Origin: Somniosus microcephalus
Lineage: Eukaryota
DNA: 64,000 bases
Direction of reading: 5' to 3'
NCBI GenBank assembly: GCA_052327205.1
Contig: CM126204.1
Location: 43,958,001-44,022,000 of the forward strand
Part shown: piece by piece, positions 49,576 through 61,803 of the stretch
How positions within the stretch are numbered: the first letter of the stretch is position 1
How the letters are laid out: every line of letters begins with the position of its first letter
The notes under the pieces: model-generated
The model's database searches: none
Told to the model about the DNA's origin: nothing
What the model saw: only the letters and a program-made list of their open reading frames with translations
Position numbers and translations under genes: made by a program

Positions 49576-51516
49576 TTTGTATTGTTAGTTCCAAATGTCC
49601 TTTTTCTAAAAAAAAAAAGCTATGTATTCGGGCCATTTATCTTCAGTAGTTTACTTTTTGAAAGAATTTGTTCCACTGTGAAGCAAGCATTTGTTGCTCA
49701 GAGTTTGTAAAGTTGTTTCTTTAAAATTTTGTACAACATCCTGAAAGAACTTCTTATATTGATAGAATATTTTGATCTAAAATTCTGCAGTTCTGTTCCA
49801 TATTTAGATAAATGACTGCAAACTGAGCAAACAGACTGTAAAGCCTGCCTGTCGCCTCCTTTCTGTGTTTAGCAAACCTCTGTGGTTAAATGCAGTTTGT
49901 TCAGACTGTCTACACACTTTGGGGGTAGAGATTTGGTCTGGGAAATTAGGGACTCGCTGCAGGCAGGTTACATTGAGATTGAGTCGAAGGTTCACAAATT
50001 GAAGTCACTGTGACGGAATGTGCTTGTTTGGCACGGTTTCTAACAAAAGCCCCATCTGCTATGGCCCTGATCTGTACCATGCTATAAAGGAAGCTAGTTT
50101 AAAAATACTTAATGCAACTTTAATATTGTTTATCTGAAAATGTTATTTTTCTAAGTTATCTCTGTCTGTGTGGCTTTGGCAACCCTGCTGCAGTGGACTG
50201 GGAGCAGGTTGGCTGCCAGTGCCTCTTTCACCTGGTCAACAAGAGGCACTAGAGCTTGTCAGGTGAGACTCCCACTTTCCCTTCTCATCCCCCCTGCCCC
50301 ACCCCACCAGCCAAACTTTCAGGGAGTGGTGCATCCTCTGCTTGGCACCTCTCCAATCAGCGCAACTCTGATTGGAAATTAACTCGAGCATGAAACAAAT
50401 CTGTTTATCCCCATTTTATGGCTCTGAGCATTAACGCTGAGCTGTGCTATATAGCCTTCAAATTTTTAATATAATATTGCTCTGTGAATTGTTAATATAG
50501 TAAATCTGTGTGAAGTCATAGTGAAATATTAAACTGAGTTGAAGTAATTCAATTTAACCTGTTTAATCTACACTAGTAGCAGTTTTTAAGGTTGAATTTC
50601 TCTTATGTCAAGAGGCTGTATTCTACACTCATTAACACATTAGACTTGGGTGAAAGCAGTCTTTCTGAACCCTATGCTTCAGGGTGAATGTTGGATTAGA
50701 GGACAGAGCAAAACTGGCAGGGACTGAGCCAAGTTCCATCCCATCCAAGTTCCCGGCCTATTCTTGGCCAATTTTCTCTCCTGCTCCCCTGTAAATGCTG
50801 CTTGCTGGTTCCACTGATACTGGCAGCCCTCTGATGCCTAGTCCAAGTGGCCATTGTTGATGGGTGAGTCTAGACAATGAATATTCAGCACAGTTAATCT
50901 AGATCTGGCTCTGCCACCAGATAATCAATGAGTGCTTTCTAGCATGAGTAACTGGTTAGTGCTCAGGAGAGGTACTCTGACTTTTTTCACCCCTTCCTAG
51001 CTCAGGACTCCTGTAGCCAAATTCAACATCCCAATTGCTGTCCCAACTGAAATCAGTTGACTTAGTACAGATAAGGAATTGAACTTGAGTTTCCAACCTT
51101 TATGCCTCACTGCTGCAGCAGGTGGTGCCTTCACCAAACAGACCATTGGATGAGTTAGGCAGCCCACTTTAACCCTCCTGTTGCATTGATGCAAAGCTTG
51201 TGTATCTTAAATAGAGCATTGATGGTCACCTATTCCGTCGTGTTCTAAGTTCGGATGCGAGTTGTGACTAACTCAGTAAATAAAAGTTAACAGATATTGT
51301 TATTGATCGATAAATACTTGAACATTTGTTCTAGGTAGCTTTTATCATGCATTCATGTACGCATTGTCATCAGATAATTTATTTAAAATCTCTACAATCA
51401 ATTTGCATTAGAACTGCAGCAACTACTCTTACCACACCATTGTCTAGACACTCGAACACTCTTTTCATGTAAGACAGCAATTCACGTCCTTCCTTCCAGC
51501 TAGTATATTGTAAATT

Positions 51517-51700
51517 AAACAGAAAATGGTGGAAACACTCAGGTCAGGCAGCATCTGTGGAGAAACAGTTATCATTTCAGGTCAATGACCTTTCATTGGA
51601 TGCTGGATGAAAGGTCATTGCCCTGAAACGTTAACTGTTACTCTCTCCACAGATGCTGCCTGACCTGCTGAGTGTTTCCAGCATCTGTGGTATTTTACTT
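51517..51700. mobile_element. Penelope-like inverted (fold-back) terminal repeat
   Basis: ~75-80-nt arms (ggaaacactc...ggcagcatctgtggaga...tttcaggtcaatgacctttcat) mirrored around ~51597-51607. Confidence 0.7.
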
Positions 51701-51796
51701 TTGGTTTAGTGCCTTTTGTTTTAATCTGTTTTCATTTGGTTTCTGTATAATCTCCATTTTATATTAGAGAGCCAGAATGCAAATTAGGTATCCAAA

Positions 51797-52092
51797 TAGA
51801 ATCATAGAAACGTACAGCACAGAAGGAGGCCATTCGGCCCGTCGTACCTGTGCTGGCTCTTTGAAAGAGCAGTCGTGCTTAATCCCTCCTCCTCCCCCCC
51901 CCCCAACCCATTTTTTGTTCATAACCCTGTAAGTTCCTCGTCCTCCAGTACCTGTCCAACTCCCTTTTAAAGTTATTTACGGAATCTGCTTCTGCCACCT
52001 TGACATTCCACATCCCAACAACTAAGTGCAAAAAATTCTCCCTCTCCCCACTAGATCCTTTGCCACTGATTTTATATCTATGACCTCTGGTT
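51797..52092 (-). mobile_element. CR1-like LINE 3' fragment, followed by a possible Penelope remnant to ~52230
   Basis: atagaatcatagaaa...ggaggccattcggccc tail; antisense TRGH.YK. Confidence 0.75.
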
Positions 52093-52300
52093 CTGTCCAC
52101 AAATGTGACCCTGACCTTCATTTGGCTCACCACTCCCATTCTCACCTCGCCACCTTTGACCTTCTGTACCTTTTCAACCAAACTTAACACAAGCTTCAGG
52201 AACAGTATTTCATCATTCTCCTGAGTGCACTGCATCCCTCAGATCTGAGGATTGACTTTAGCAACTTAAGTGTAGCCATCTTTCCCGTTTTCTTTGAAGC

Positions 52301-52354
52301 AGGGGATGCAGGGGATGCAGGGGATGCGTGCGTGTGTGTGTGTGTGTGTGTGTG
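52301..52354. repeat. (GGGGATGCA)x3 plus (GT)n microsatellite
   Basis: Directly visible. Confidence 0.9.
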
Positions 52355-52480
52355 TATAGCAGGGACGTTTTGTATATTTGAAATACCTCTAATGTTTTGT
52401 GTCAGAGATCTGCACCTCTCTGGGAAAACTAGGGCTCCAGTTCATGGAATTTACTGATATGCAAGCCACATTGGGGAAAA

Positions 52481-52580
52481 AAAGACTTGCATTTATATAG
52501 CGCCTTTCACGACCACCAGACATCTCAAAGTGCTTTACAATCAATGAAGCACTCTTGAAGTGGAGTCACTATTGTAATGA
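52481..52580 (-). mobile_element. Deu-SINE/L2 3' tail fragment
   Basis: gacttgcatttatatagcgcctttcacgaccacc; another copy at 56258-56360. Confidence 0.75.
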
Positions 52581-53482
52581 GACTTACCAAGTTAGCTCCT
52601 AGAATGTAAAGGTGCTTTCAACTTTGAGATTTTGTTTCATTACTGTACACTGGACATTCATGGACATAAGACCCAAAAATGTATTGGAGGTTAGCAGAGT
52701 ACAGAACCAGACTTCGAGCAAAGAGGTTTATGATTTTGTTGGGAGTGTGATGAAGGACAGCAGTATCATTTTGGTTCCTGGATCCGATTTCCAGTTAGAA
52801 AATTCAGAGTTTTGTTTTGTTGTTCATTGACATTCACCGTGAGACATGACTTCCTGTTCATGAAGCCCACAAAAGGTCCATCACGAAAAGTAATCCCAAT
52901 TGACTCATTTTCCAGCGGCATGTCTTCCTGTTTGTCACACCAGTGTCTGTCACAAAAAAATCCCAACAGCTACATTTCCAGGAAATACTTTGTTCACTGT
53001 AATAGAGTGCAGACCTCTTTCCAAATCCTTTCCGAGGCCATGTGCAGCGTCCCCACCTCATCTCACATTGTAGTCCTCTCTCCAACCTTACAACTAAACC
53101 CTACACCTTACAACCTTGTTACTTGACCTTCATCCCACTGTGAGCAACACTGCACAAGATCTATTTATATTTGTACATGGACTATCAAATGAAAACTGAC
53201 CATATGTGATGTGGAGGAACTTGAGATGGTTTACAGATTTGGGATATTTCACTTGGTATTTGATGCAACTGTTGTGTGCTCATGAAGAAATTGCTGGACC
53301 TAATTTTCAAGAAAAATACATGCTTTCTTTCAATTACATATCTTTGCTGATTTTTGCTGGGTGGAGGAAAATGTGAGGCTTTTTTTTATTGGATACTTCG
53401 AATCTGTCAAATGATTTGCTATTAAACCACACATCAGATCAATGTGAAATTGAAAATTGACCAATAGGGATTGTGCCACCAT

Positions 53483-54180
53483 AATGGGGCAGAATTTGCT
53501 GTCAAAATAATGAGGCTAATGGCGTTCGCCGTTATTTACACACGCATGCTACAGCAACTTCAGGCGATGGGCAGATGCGTGGTTAAACACAAATACCCAA
53601 ATTTACTATCCGACTTGCGCCACTCCACCATTGGCTTCACAAAAGCGGCATCTCGCTGTCTGGCAATGCATTGAAAGGCGTGAAGTTGCTGTATTTGTGT
53701 GGTAGATACAAATTAAACTCACCACAGAAAGTTACGTCTTGTCCATTCCAGTCTAAGACCTTTTGATGACATGGTAAGTGTCAAACCTTCTGGCATTAAA
53801 AATTGACTCTTACAAGTGTGGAGTCTCAGTCCTTCAGGTTTAAAATTTTTACATTTGTTTCACTTTCTTTCTGTCTCTTTCTCTGGATCTCTTAATGCAA
53901 TCCTTCTTTCCCTCTTTTTCTTTCTGTACCTGATTTGACATTGAATTCGCCCACTCTAATTTACACTACCTTCAGTCCTTGCGCTATTAATTTCACAATC
54001 CTTCAGTCTGGTTAAGGAGACACAGTTGCTCGCCCTGTTCACTCCGATCCCAGATGCCCGGTTGGCCTCGCTGCGACGTTATCAACTCGCACTTGCCACG
54101 CAAAAACTTAAAAACCCTAGGGCAAGTCTGACTAACAGCAGATGTCATTAGATGTCCTGCTACAGCAAATTATGGCCCAT
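53483..54180. mobile_element. About 700-bp MITE with imperfect TIRs
   Basis: atggggcagaatttgctgt ... acagcaaattatggcccat; the same family is split at 43985-44060 / 45893-46070. Confidence 0.65.
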
Positions 54181-54817
54181 TCTCTTGTGTATTTCTAAAG
54201 CAGCAGTTTTCACTTGTTCCTTTTTAGACTGTCCCAGAATTGTGTAAAACTCCAAACCTCATTAGAAACATTGAGAAATCAATCCCATTTGCATGAAATC
54301 ATTGGGCAGTGGCAACTTCAACATTGACCAACTCGCTAGTTTATTTGGTACCCAAACTCAGAAGTTTATCAAATCCTGAAAACTAATGAATTAAATAATG
54401 ATTCTCATTCAGTTGTTACTACAAACTAATGGTGATGCAGGATACCTATTTTATCTCCAACTTCCAGGCTGAAACTAGTTGATAAAGAAAAGAGCATTAT
54501 TGGCTTTATGTAAAGTCACTTGATTCTCTGCAGTCTAGATGGCACTGGGGCTAAATGAGTTATCAGTGCACTGGTGACCTGCACATCAAGAAGCATGTTT
54601 TGAGTGAATATTACCAAGATCGTTTGACATGTAAAGCTAAAACTAGCGATGATTTCTTTTCTTTCACTCCCACCATAAAAAAATCAACTCTGAGTTACAA
54701 TATCATTCTGGAGACCTCTCTATGATGCTGTACTCCCATTTCAAAATATAAAGCAATAGAACTGGTAAGACTTTTTGAGTTGATAGACATTGGGGTTTTT
54801 CACTTTTCTTGTTGCAG

Positions 54818-54910
54818 TTTGTGAGACAGAAATGGAAAAAGTCTGCCGCCTTTCACCAGAAGAGCATCTACAGCCTTTTAAAGACAAAATGGAAGAATTC
54901 ATTAATCAAG
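54818..54910 (+). CDS. FMN2: Formin-2 FH2 exon: (V)CETEMEKVCRLSPEEHLQPFKDKMEEFINQ
   Basis: ttttcttgttgcag / gtaaat; 93 bp, phase 1/1, continues from 40786; EH.QPFK..ME.F motif. Confidence 0.93.
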
Positions 54911-56257
54911 GTAAATGGAACAGAGTTCAGACTTTTTATAAATAAAAGACTAGGTAAGTGATATTATGTATTTTAACCATGACAACATTTGTTTTGGCAT
55001 GTGACATTGCCAAGCAGCACAATTAATGAGTGTCGCAAATACATTACAAACATATAGGCAGCCTGAAGAGAGGTTCTTGTGATGCAATAACACAGATGTT
55101 TTTAACCAAATTTTATTTTGCTTTTTTATACCATATATAAGCTATATTTGCTTTCTTCAACAATAAGTTATAAAGATGTTTAAAACCGAGGCAAGCCTAT
55201 TAATCATGAACACTTTTTCAATGATCCCTGTCAGTGGTTTGGGAGCAGATTTTTCCTCCATATTTATCTCCTACAAGCACACACAATTCCTTGTTTTATT
55301 TTACAAAATAGCAGAAGTAGATGACAGGTTGGCCATTTAAGGAGAATGAGTCAACCCTATACAAATGTTTCCAAGTTATGGCCTGTGGGCAACGTGGATC
55401 CAACGGACCAGGCAATCTAATCCCCAAAGCCCAGGCAACTCGATTTCTTTTGGTGCTTATATATCCTCCTAGCTTTCTGTACCATATGGGTTTTGAACTT
55501 CTGGAGATTTAGAAAGGATAGTTTTTAGTCCAGTTTCAATTGGTGGATAAATCCTAAATCAGAACAGAAAGAAATGTTGGTATCTACAGTTTAAGATGTA
55601 TGCAAATTAATGGGAATGTTAATTTTAAATGTGGCCAGTGGTTTCCATGGTATGCATCTAAGTGGCTTCTAAAAACAAGAAGCTTGGCCATTCCTTCTAT
55701 CCAATATTTGACACCTGAAATGATGACTCTCCAAATGATTTCCAAATATTTTAACAGTACAGGGACTGACGGTTGTAATCTTGTGAATGCACTTGCCATA
55801 CTTGTTAATCTGTTTATTGCAATTATTATTTTCAGGAATTCAGTTTCCACTGCACTTTGGTCGTATACCTTTTGAGTACATTAATTTATTAAGCAGACAG
55901 TAATTTTTTTTCTAACCCCAGCACACTTCATTAGTGAGCTCTGAACGTCTCATTCGGAAAGCTCTGTGTAACTGTGGTGAGCAATTCGTTTTGGGCCTGC
56001 TGAAATTCATCTGAAGTCTCAAAAGGGGGAAAAGACAAGACCCCAGGACACCAAATTAAGTGGTCACATTGGACAAGTAGGCCCTCTGAGACTATCAGGG
56101 AAAGTGAACATATCAAATGCATATAAGAATGTCAGGCAAGTTTTCTGAAAATTCTAATTCAAACTGCCAATAAAGGCCCTTGAAACACAAATCTAATTAG
56201 TATTTAGAGCTATATCCACAATAGAAAGTTGAACTTGATTTAAAGAAAGAATGAAAG

Positions 56258-56360
56258 GCTTGCATTTATATAGCGCCTTTCACGACCACCGGACGTCTCA
56301 AAGCGCTTTACAGCCAATGAAGTACTTTTGAAGTGGAGTCACTCTTGTAATGTTGGAAAC
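56258..56360 (-). mobile_element. Deu-SINE/L2 3' tail fragment
   Basis: cttgcatttatatagcgcctttcacgaccaccggacgtctcaaagcgctttacagccaatgaag. Confidence 0.75.
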
Positions 56361-57579
56361 ATCAATTTAGTTTTAAGTCGAACTTCAGTTGCGATGCTTT
56401 TTATTTTAAATTGGGATGCGTCATCTAAGTAGGACCACAATTAAAGTTCATTGGAATTAACCCATTTCCAATTTGTTGGATTTCACTGTTTAGTTCAAAA
56501 ATTGCAACCCGATCATAACCATATGTGCCATTGTAGTCAGATGGCATGTCGGCACTTCTCCGCTTATGAATAGGGTGTGAACACAATCTGGGGCCTTTAT
56601 GTAACTAAAAGTCATTAATGGACAGTCTGCGATACAAGAGTACAAGGTCACCTTTGATCAGTGGAGGTACGCCACAGCCAAAAACATTTTTTTAGAAATA
56701 GAACACCTTTGTTTTGTACGGAATTTATTGTATTCAAAATCAATTTTAGGGGAAGGAGAAAAATAATCTATAGTTCTTAAACAGACTTGCTTTCAGACAG
56801 TCTTTCTTTTCCAGCACTCCCCACCCCCCCCCCCCAAAAAATTAGAATTTTATTTGCTGTGGATATTGACTTTAAAACTGCAATGTCTCAACTTATTTCA
56901 TTCTTAAACACATTTTTCCAAAGCCCCAAGACAGTAAAGTTTGTTTACCTTTAGAGCTGTCCATCACCCGTGTGGGTGTGTGACTGGGATCACAGGCTGC
57001 TGTCAGACTGGAGCCTATAGTCCTAGTCTCCCTGCCATGCTTGACTGACGGCTCCAAAAGTAAACAAATATAGCAAACTTTTGAATTACTATGGCTCAGT
57101 AGCTAAGAGGAATTGGGAGTCTTTTCTTAACCTTAACTGGTGGGGGGGAATATTTTGGAAAGTGCTTCAGAATTAAATTTAAAACAAAACTGTGGGCCCT
57201 CTCAGCTGTTGAAACTATTTGGAGGTGTGGACCTGCTGTCAATCTCATGGATATTTAGCACGAGAGTGCCTGAAACAAATGTTTCATTAACCACTTGAAA
57301 GTCACGGACTGGCCGATAACCTTGTGGTTCAACAGGGCTTTTGGGTATGTGCCAGTCAAGTTTTAACTTGATATCGTGACTCTTCAAGTATGTAAAGGGT
57401 GGAAGAGGAAAGGATTAATTTATTTAGTATATTTCTATCAAAAGCATAAATGTGAAATTTGATAAGTAATGTACCATGGTTCAATTTCAGACACTGCTGA
57501 AAATTCAAGTTTTAAAATGGATATGCAGCAATAATTTCAAGGCTTACTGATATCCAGATTTTGAAATGTAACTGATCTT

Positions 57580-57952
57580 GGAATCATAGAATAGTACTAC
57601 CAGGCAGTGCATTCCAATGTTGCATAAAAAAAGTTTATCCTCATGTCGCCTCTGGTTCTTTTGTCAATCACCTTAAATCTGTGCCCTCTGGTTATCGACC
57701 CTTCAGCCATTGGAAACCGTTTCTCTTTATTTACTCTATCTAAATCCTACATGATTTTAAACACCTATCAAATCTCCTCTTAGCCTCCTCTGCTCCAAGG
57801 AGAATAGCTCCAGCTTCTCCAGTCTATCCATGTAACTTTAATCCCTCATCCCTGGAACCATGCTAGTAAATCCCTTCTGTACCCTCTCAAGTCTTCGCGT
57901 CCTTCCTCAAGTGTGGTGCCCAGAATTGGACACAGTACCCCAGCTGGAGCTG
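57580..57952 (-). mobile_element. CR1-like LINE 3' fragment
   Basis: Antisense of [12 protein letters not shown]...FSLEQRRLRGDLI...TRGHRFKV. Confidence 0.8.
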
Positions 57953-59383
57953 AATGATTGCCTTGAAATCCGTTAAGGTTGTATGTTTGTTTGTGAGGCA
58001 GGCAGTGTTCAATTTTGGGAACGTTTTTATGCTGACAGCAGCTGATAACCACCATGCTCTTGTTACTGATGTTTTATGATGATCACTAACCCTTCCCTAT
58101 GAATATGATTTCTCAAAGTTTATCAGAAACAACTTAGTTAATTGAGGATTTTTTTTAAAACCAGCATGTGGTATTTATTTCACTGTTTGCCAGGTGGATT
58201 GTTTAAATCATTATTCAAGGAATTCAACCGAAATGGCTGCAGGGAGAGTGAAGGCCACCAAATTGCATGTTTAGTGCCAAAATGATATCCACCTAATTGA
58301 ACAAGTCTCTTCAGTGTAATGCTTAAAGATATGCAATCATGAAAGCTAAATTCTCATCTAATGACTATAAAAGATTTCAATTAGACATCCAGATAGATGC
58401 TTGCCAACATTTTGAGTGAGGATCTACTTAAAAAAAAAAAGTGACATGTCCATGGAAGTGTAACCAGGCTTCCAATATTTGAATTATTGCCCAATGAAAA
58501 TTCACGGTATCCTTGATTGCTATTAATGTGAGCCCAGCATGGCAAGCTTATAACCTGGAATCAATGGCTGCTCTCCAATTCTTGGAAAACTAAGCTTTTA
58601 TACCTCCACCTTTGTGTGGTTAATCAGGCTGAGTGGACCAACGTATTCAGCCACCATATCCAGCTTAAACAGGCCAAAAGGTCGATTTGTGTTCCCAAAA
58701 TCATAAGCCTTGCTCCTCACCTTGATGCAACATTCAGAGGCCACGAACATCATACTACAAGTCCTCCAAGCAACACCACAACATAAATATATTCTTCCCA
58801 AGTCATTTTGATTGAGTTAGTACAGAATTTAGTTTCAAAAATTAGATCCTAGGTATTCTTGATTTTGTAAATGTATGGTGAGATTTTTGGGCCTTTTGGT
58901 ACCATCTGTTAAACTACCTCCGTGTAGATAAATGATGCATTATAACTTTTTTAGACTTTTATTTTTTGTTGGTAGTTAGCGCCCTGAGGCAAATTCTTCA
59001 CTATTCTGAGCGTAGTCTACGTTCAAGTGCATAACTGAGTTTGTACAAACTGCAGTGGGGAATTTTTACACTTACAATTTGACAGTATAGTGCCACTTAA
59101 ACAAATGAGAATATTTGACAAATTTACACCAGCCAGACCTCGAACACTAGCATTTGTAGTGGTTAGAATGGCTATTCTCCAACTTCAGGGCTTTGGCCGG
59201 CCACCGAAACCACTTTGCATAAATGTGAGCGTGGCAGTATCAGTGCACCCCAAATCATTTATAAAAAAAAACCAACCCCCCTCCCCCGATCTGCTTCCAT
59301 TTTTATAAAATTATATTTGTATTTGTGAAATGCTTTTTCAAATAAGAAATTGGTAAAATAACTTTTTGAGTATTAAACCTAAC

Positions 59384-60008
59384 CATAGATACATGAGTCG
59401 GCCATTCAGCCCCTCAAGCCTGTTCCCCCATTCAATTAGCTCATGGCTGATCTGCATCTTAAATTTTTTTCTTCATTTTAAGAGATGTGGGCATCGTTGG
59501 CAAGGCCAGCATTTATTGCCCATCCCTAATTGCCCTTGAGAAGGTGGTGGTGAGTCGCCTTCTTGAACCGCTTAGTCTGTGTGGTGAAGGTACTCCCACA
59601 GTGTTCATTCTTTTTATTGTTTTTCGTAGCAGTTTTTTACAACTGAGTGGCTTGCTCTGCCATTTCAGAGGGCTGTTAAGAGTCAACCACATTGCTGTGG
59701 GTCTGGAGTCGCATACAGGCAGATTTCCTTCCCTAAAGGGGCATTAGTGAGCCAGATGGGTTTTTAACGACAATCCGATATTTTCATGGTTACCATTACT
59801 GATGCTAGTAATTATTCCAGATTTATTTAATTAACTGAATTTAAATTCCCCAGCTTCCGTGGTGGGATTTGAACTCGCGTCTCTGGATCATTAGTCCAGG
59901 CCTCTGGATTACTCGCCCAGTGACATTACCACTATGCTACTGTTTCCGTCAACCATTTACCCGCCTTGGTTCCATAACCCTTAATGCCTTTTCCTAACAA
60001 AAATCTAT
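59384..60008 (-). mobile_element. CR1 3' tail interrupted by a second-family tRNA SINE (~59480-59945)
   Basis: Tail halves at 59384-59462 and ~59953-60008 flank a SINE matching 41445-41800. Confidence 0.7.
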
Positions 60009-61352
60009 TAATTACATTTAAATTTTATGTTGGATGATGGTAATTGTGTATTTTAATGTGTTTGATGAACAAGAATCCAGTGTTAATCAGTTTTACCTTT
60101 TTAAATAACCTTTTCAAACACTCATTGAAGGATATTACCTATCTACCTACCCTCAACATACTGCCTGTGGCATGTATTGTAAACTAACTAAATACTTTTT
60201 AGTCAAAGCTGAATTTGGCAATCACATTTACAATTGCAGTGGAGCTCAATGCAATGAAATATAACTTGGAAAGTTTTGGTTAAAGCTTTCTAGTGTCTAA
60301 TCATTACTTTGCTATGAGATACATTTCATGTATCCAACTTAAGCATCATATAACCTTGGTGGAAACTAGTTTAAAATGTTTTCCATTATCTTTTGGGACT
60401 TCCAGTACTCTCAAAATACAATAATGCAAACATTCAAGCCATCAGCAATTCCCGGAGCTAACCTTAGTCATAGACAGCCAACAATTATACTTGAATTTAT
60501 TAGCTGTTGCTATTCAACTGGATATAACCTGCAACCACTTACCCAGACTCCAGCCATCTTTTCTTGTACATACACCAGATTGTTCTGCGTTATGCACTGT
60601 TCTTTGCAAGATAACAATTGAATATTTCTCACTTTTTTTTTTCTTTTTAAAAAAAAAAAAAGCACTTTTTCCCACCTAATGGTGTGGAATTGGGATGGAA
60701 TATGCTTGTATAATTAAACAAGTTATTGCCGTTTGTCATTTTCCATTGAAATGTCCTACATTTCAGCCACTTACCACAAACCTGTCTGAAATTGCTTTGC
60801 AATTTTGTGGAAGTAAATAATGAAACTATCAGTAATGTTTTTATTTCTGCCCCTTTGTTAACATGCCAAATTGGGGCTGTTTGCTGCCTTGTTTTTGAAA
60901 TCTGTGGTGAGTATGATTTGTCTCCATTCCATCAAGACTAAATATTGTACAAATGCAGAAAGAAATCCATATTGCGGCCAACCTCAAACAAAAGCAGTAT
61001 ACAGTCAGTTCCCGAGAAACACTTACAGGGAGAGCAATTGATATTCTAGATATTGCCATTAGGTAGGAGTAACCGAGTGACAAAATTGGAGGCATTGTAT
61101 ATCAATATATACATATTTGTGGGAAATGTAACTTTGGGGTAGCAAGTATAGTGTGAGGTTCTTAAAATTTCTCACTGAGTGCACGCCTTTAATGAGCTGC
61201 TTTCCGATTCAATTCTGCTGCGAGCATAAAATTACATTTATGTTTGTCTTTAGTTTTCTCCGGGTAGGGAAGGGGTAATCATTGAAAAGTGAGGTAGCTA
61301 CTCATGCTTCACCCTAAGCTTTCCATTTTGGAATGGTATTGTCTCCTGTAGG

Positions 61353-61803
61353 GGGTTGGCTTATGAAGAAAGGTTGAGCAGGTTGGGCCTATACTCATTG
61401 GAATTTAGAAGAATGAGAGATGATCTTATTGAAACATGTAAGATTCTGAGGGGGCTCGACAAGGTAGATGTAGAGAGGATGTTTCCCCTTGTGGGGAAAT
61501 CTAGAACTGGGGGGCATAGTTTCAGAATAAAGGGTCGCCCTTTTAGAACAGAGATGAGGAGGAATTTCTTCTGAGGGTCGTAAATCTGTGAAATTCTCTG
61601 CCCCAGAGAGCCGTGGAGGCTGGGTCATTAAATACATTTACAGTGGAGATAGACAGATTTTTGCAAGATAAGGGAGTGAAGGGTTATGGGGAGCGGGCAG
61701 GGAAGTGGCTTTGAGCCCAAGATCAGCCATGATCTTATTGAATGGCGGAGCAGGCTCGAGGGACCAAGTGGCCTATTCCTGCTCCTATTTCTTATGTTCT
61801 TAT
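61353..61803 (+). mobile_element. CR1-like LINE 3' fragment
   Basis: YEERLSRLGLYSLEFRRMR.DLIET; stem-loop tail and TTCTTATGTTCTTAT end. Confidence 0.9.

Noticed and set aside
14840-54910. Assignment of the exons to FMN1
   Set aside because: Peptides ([49 protein letters not shown]) match recalled FMN2 better than FMN1.
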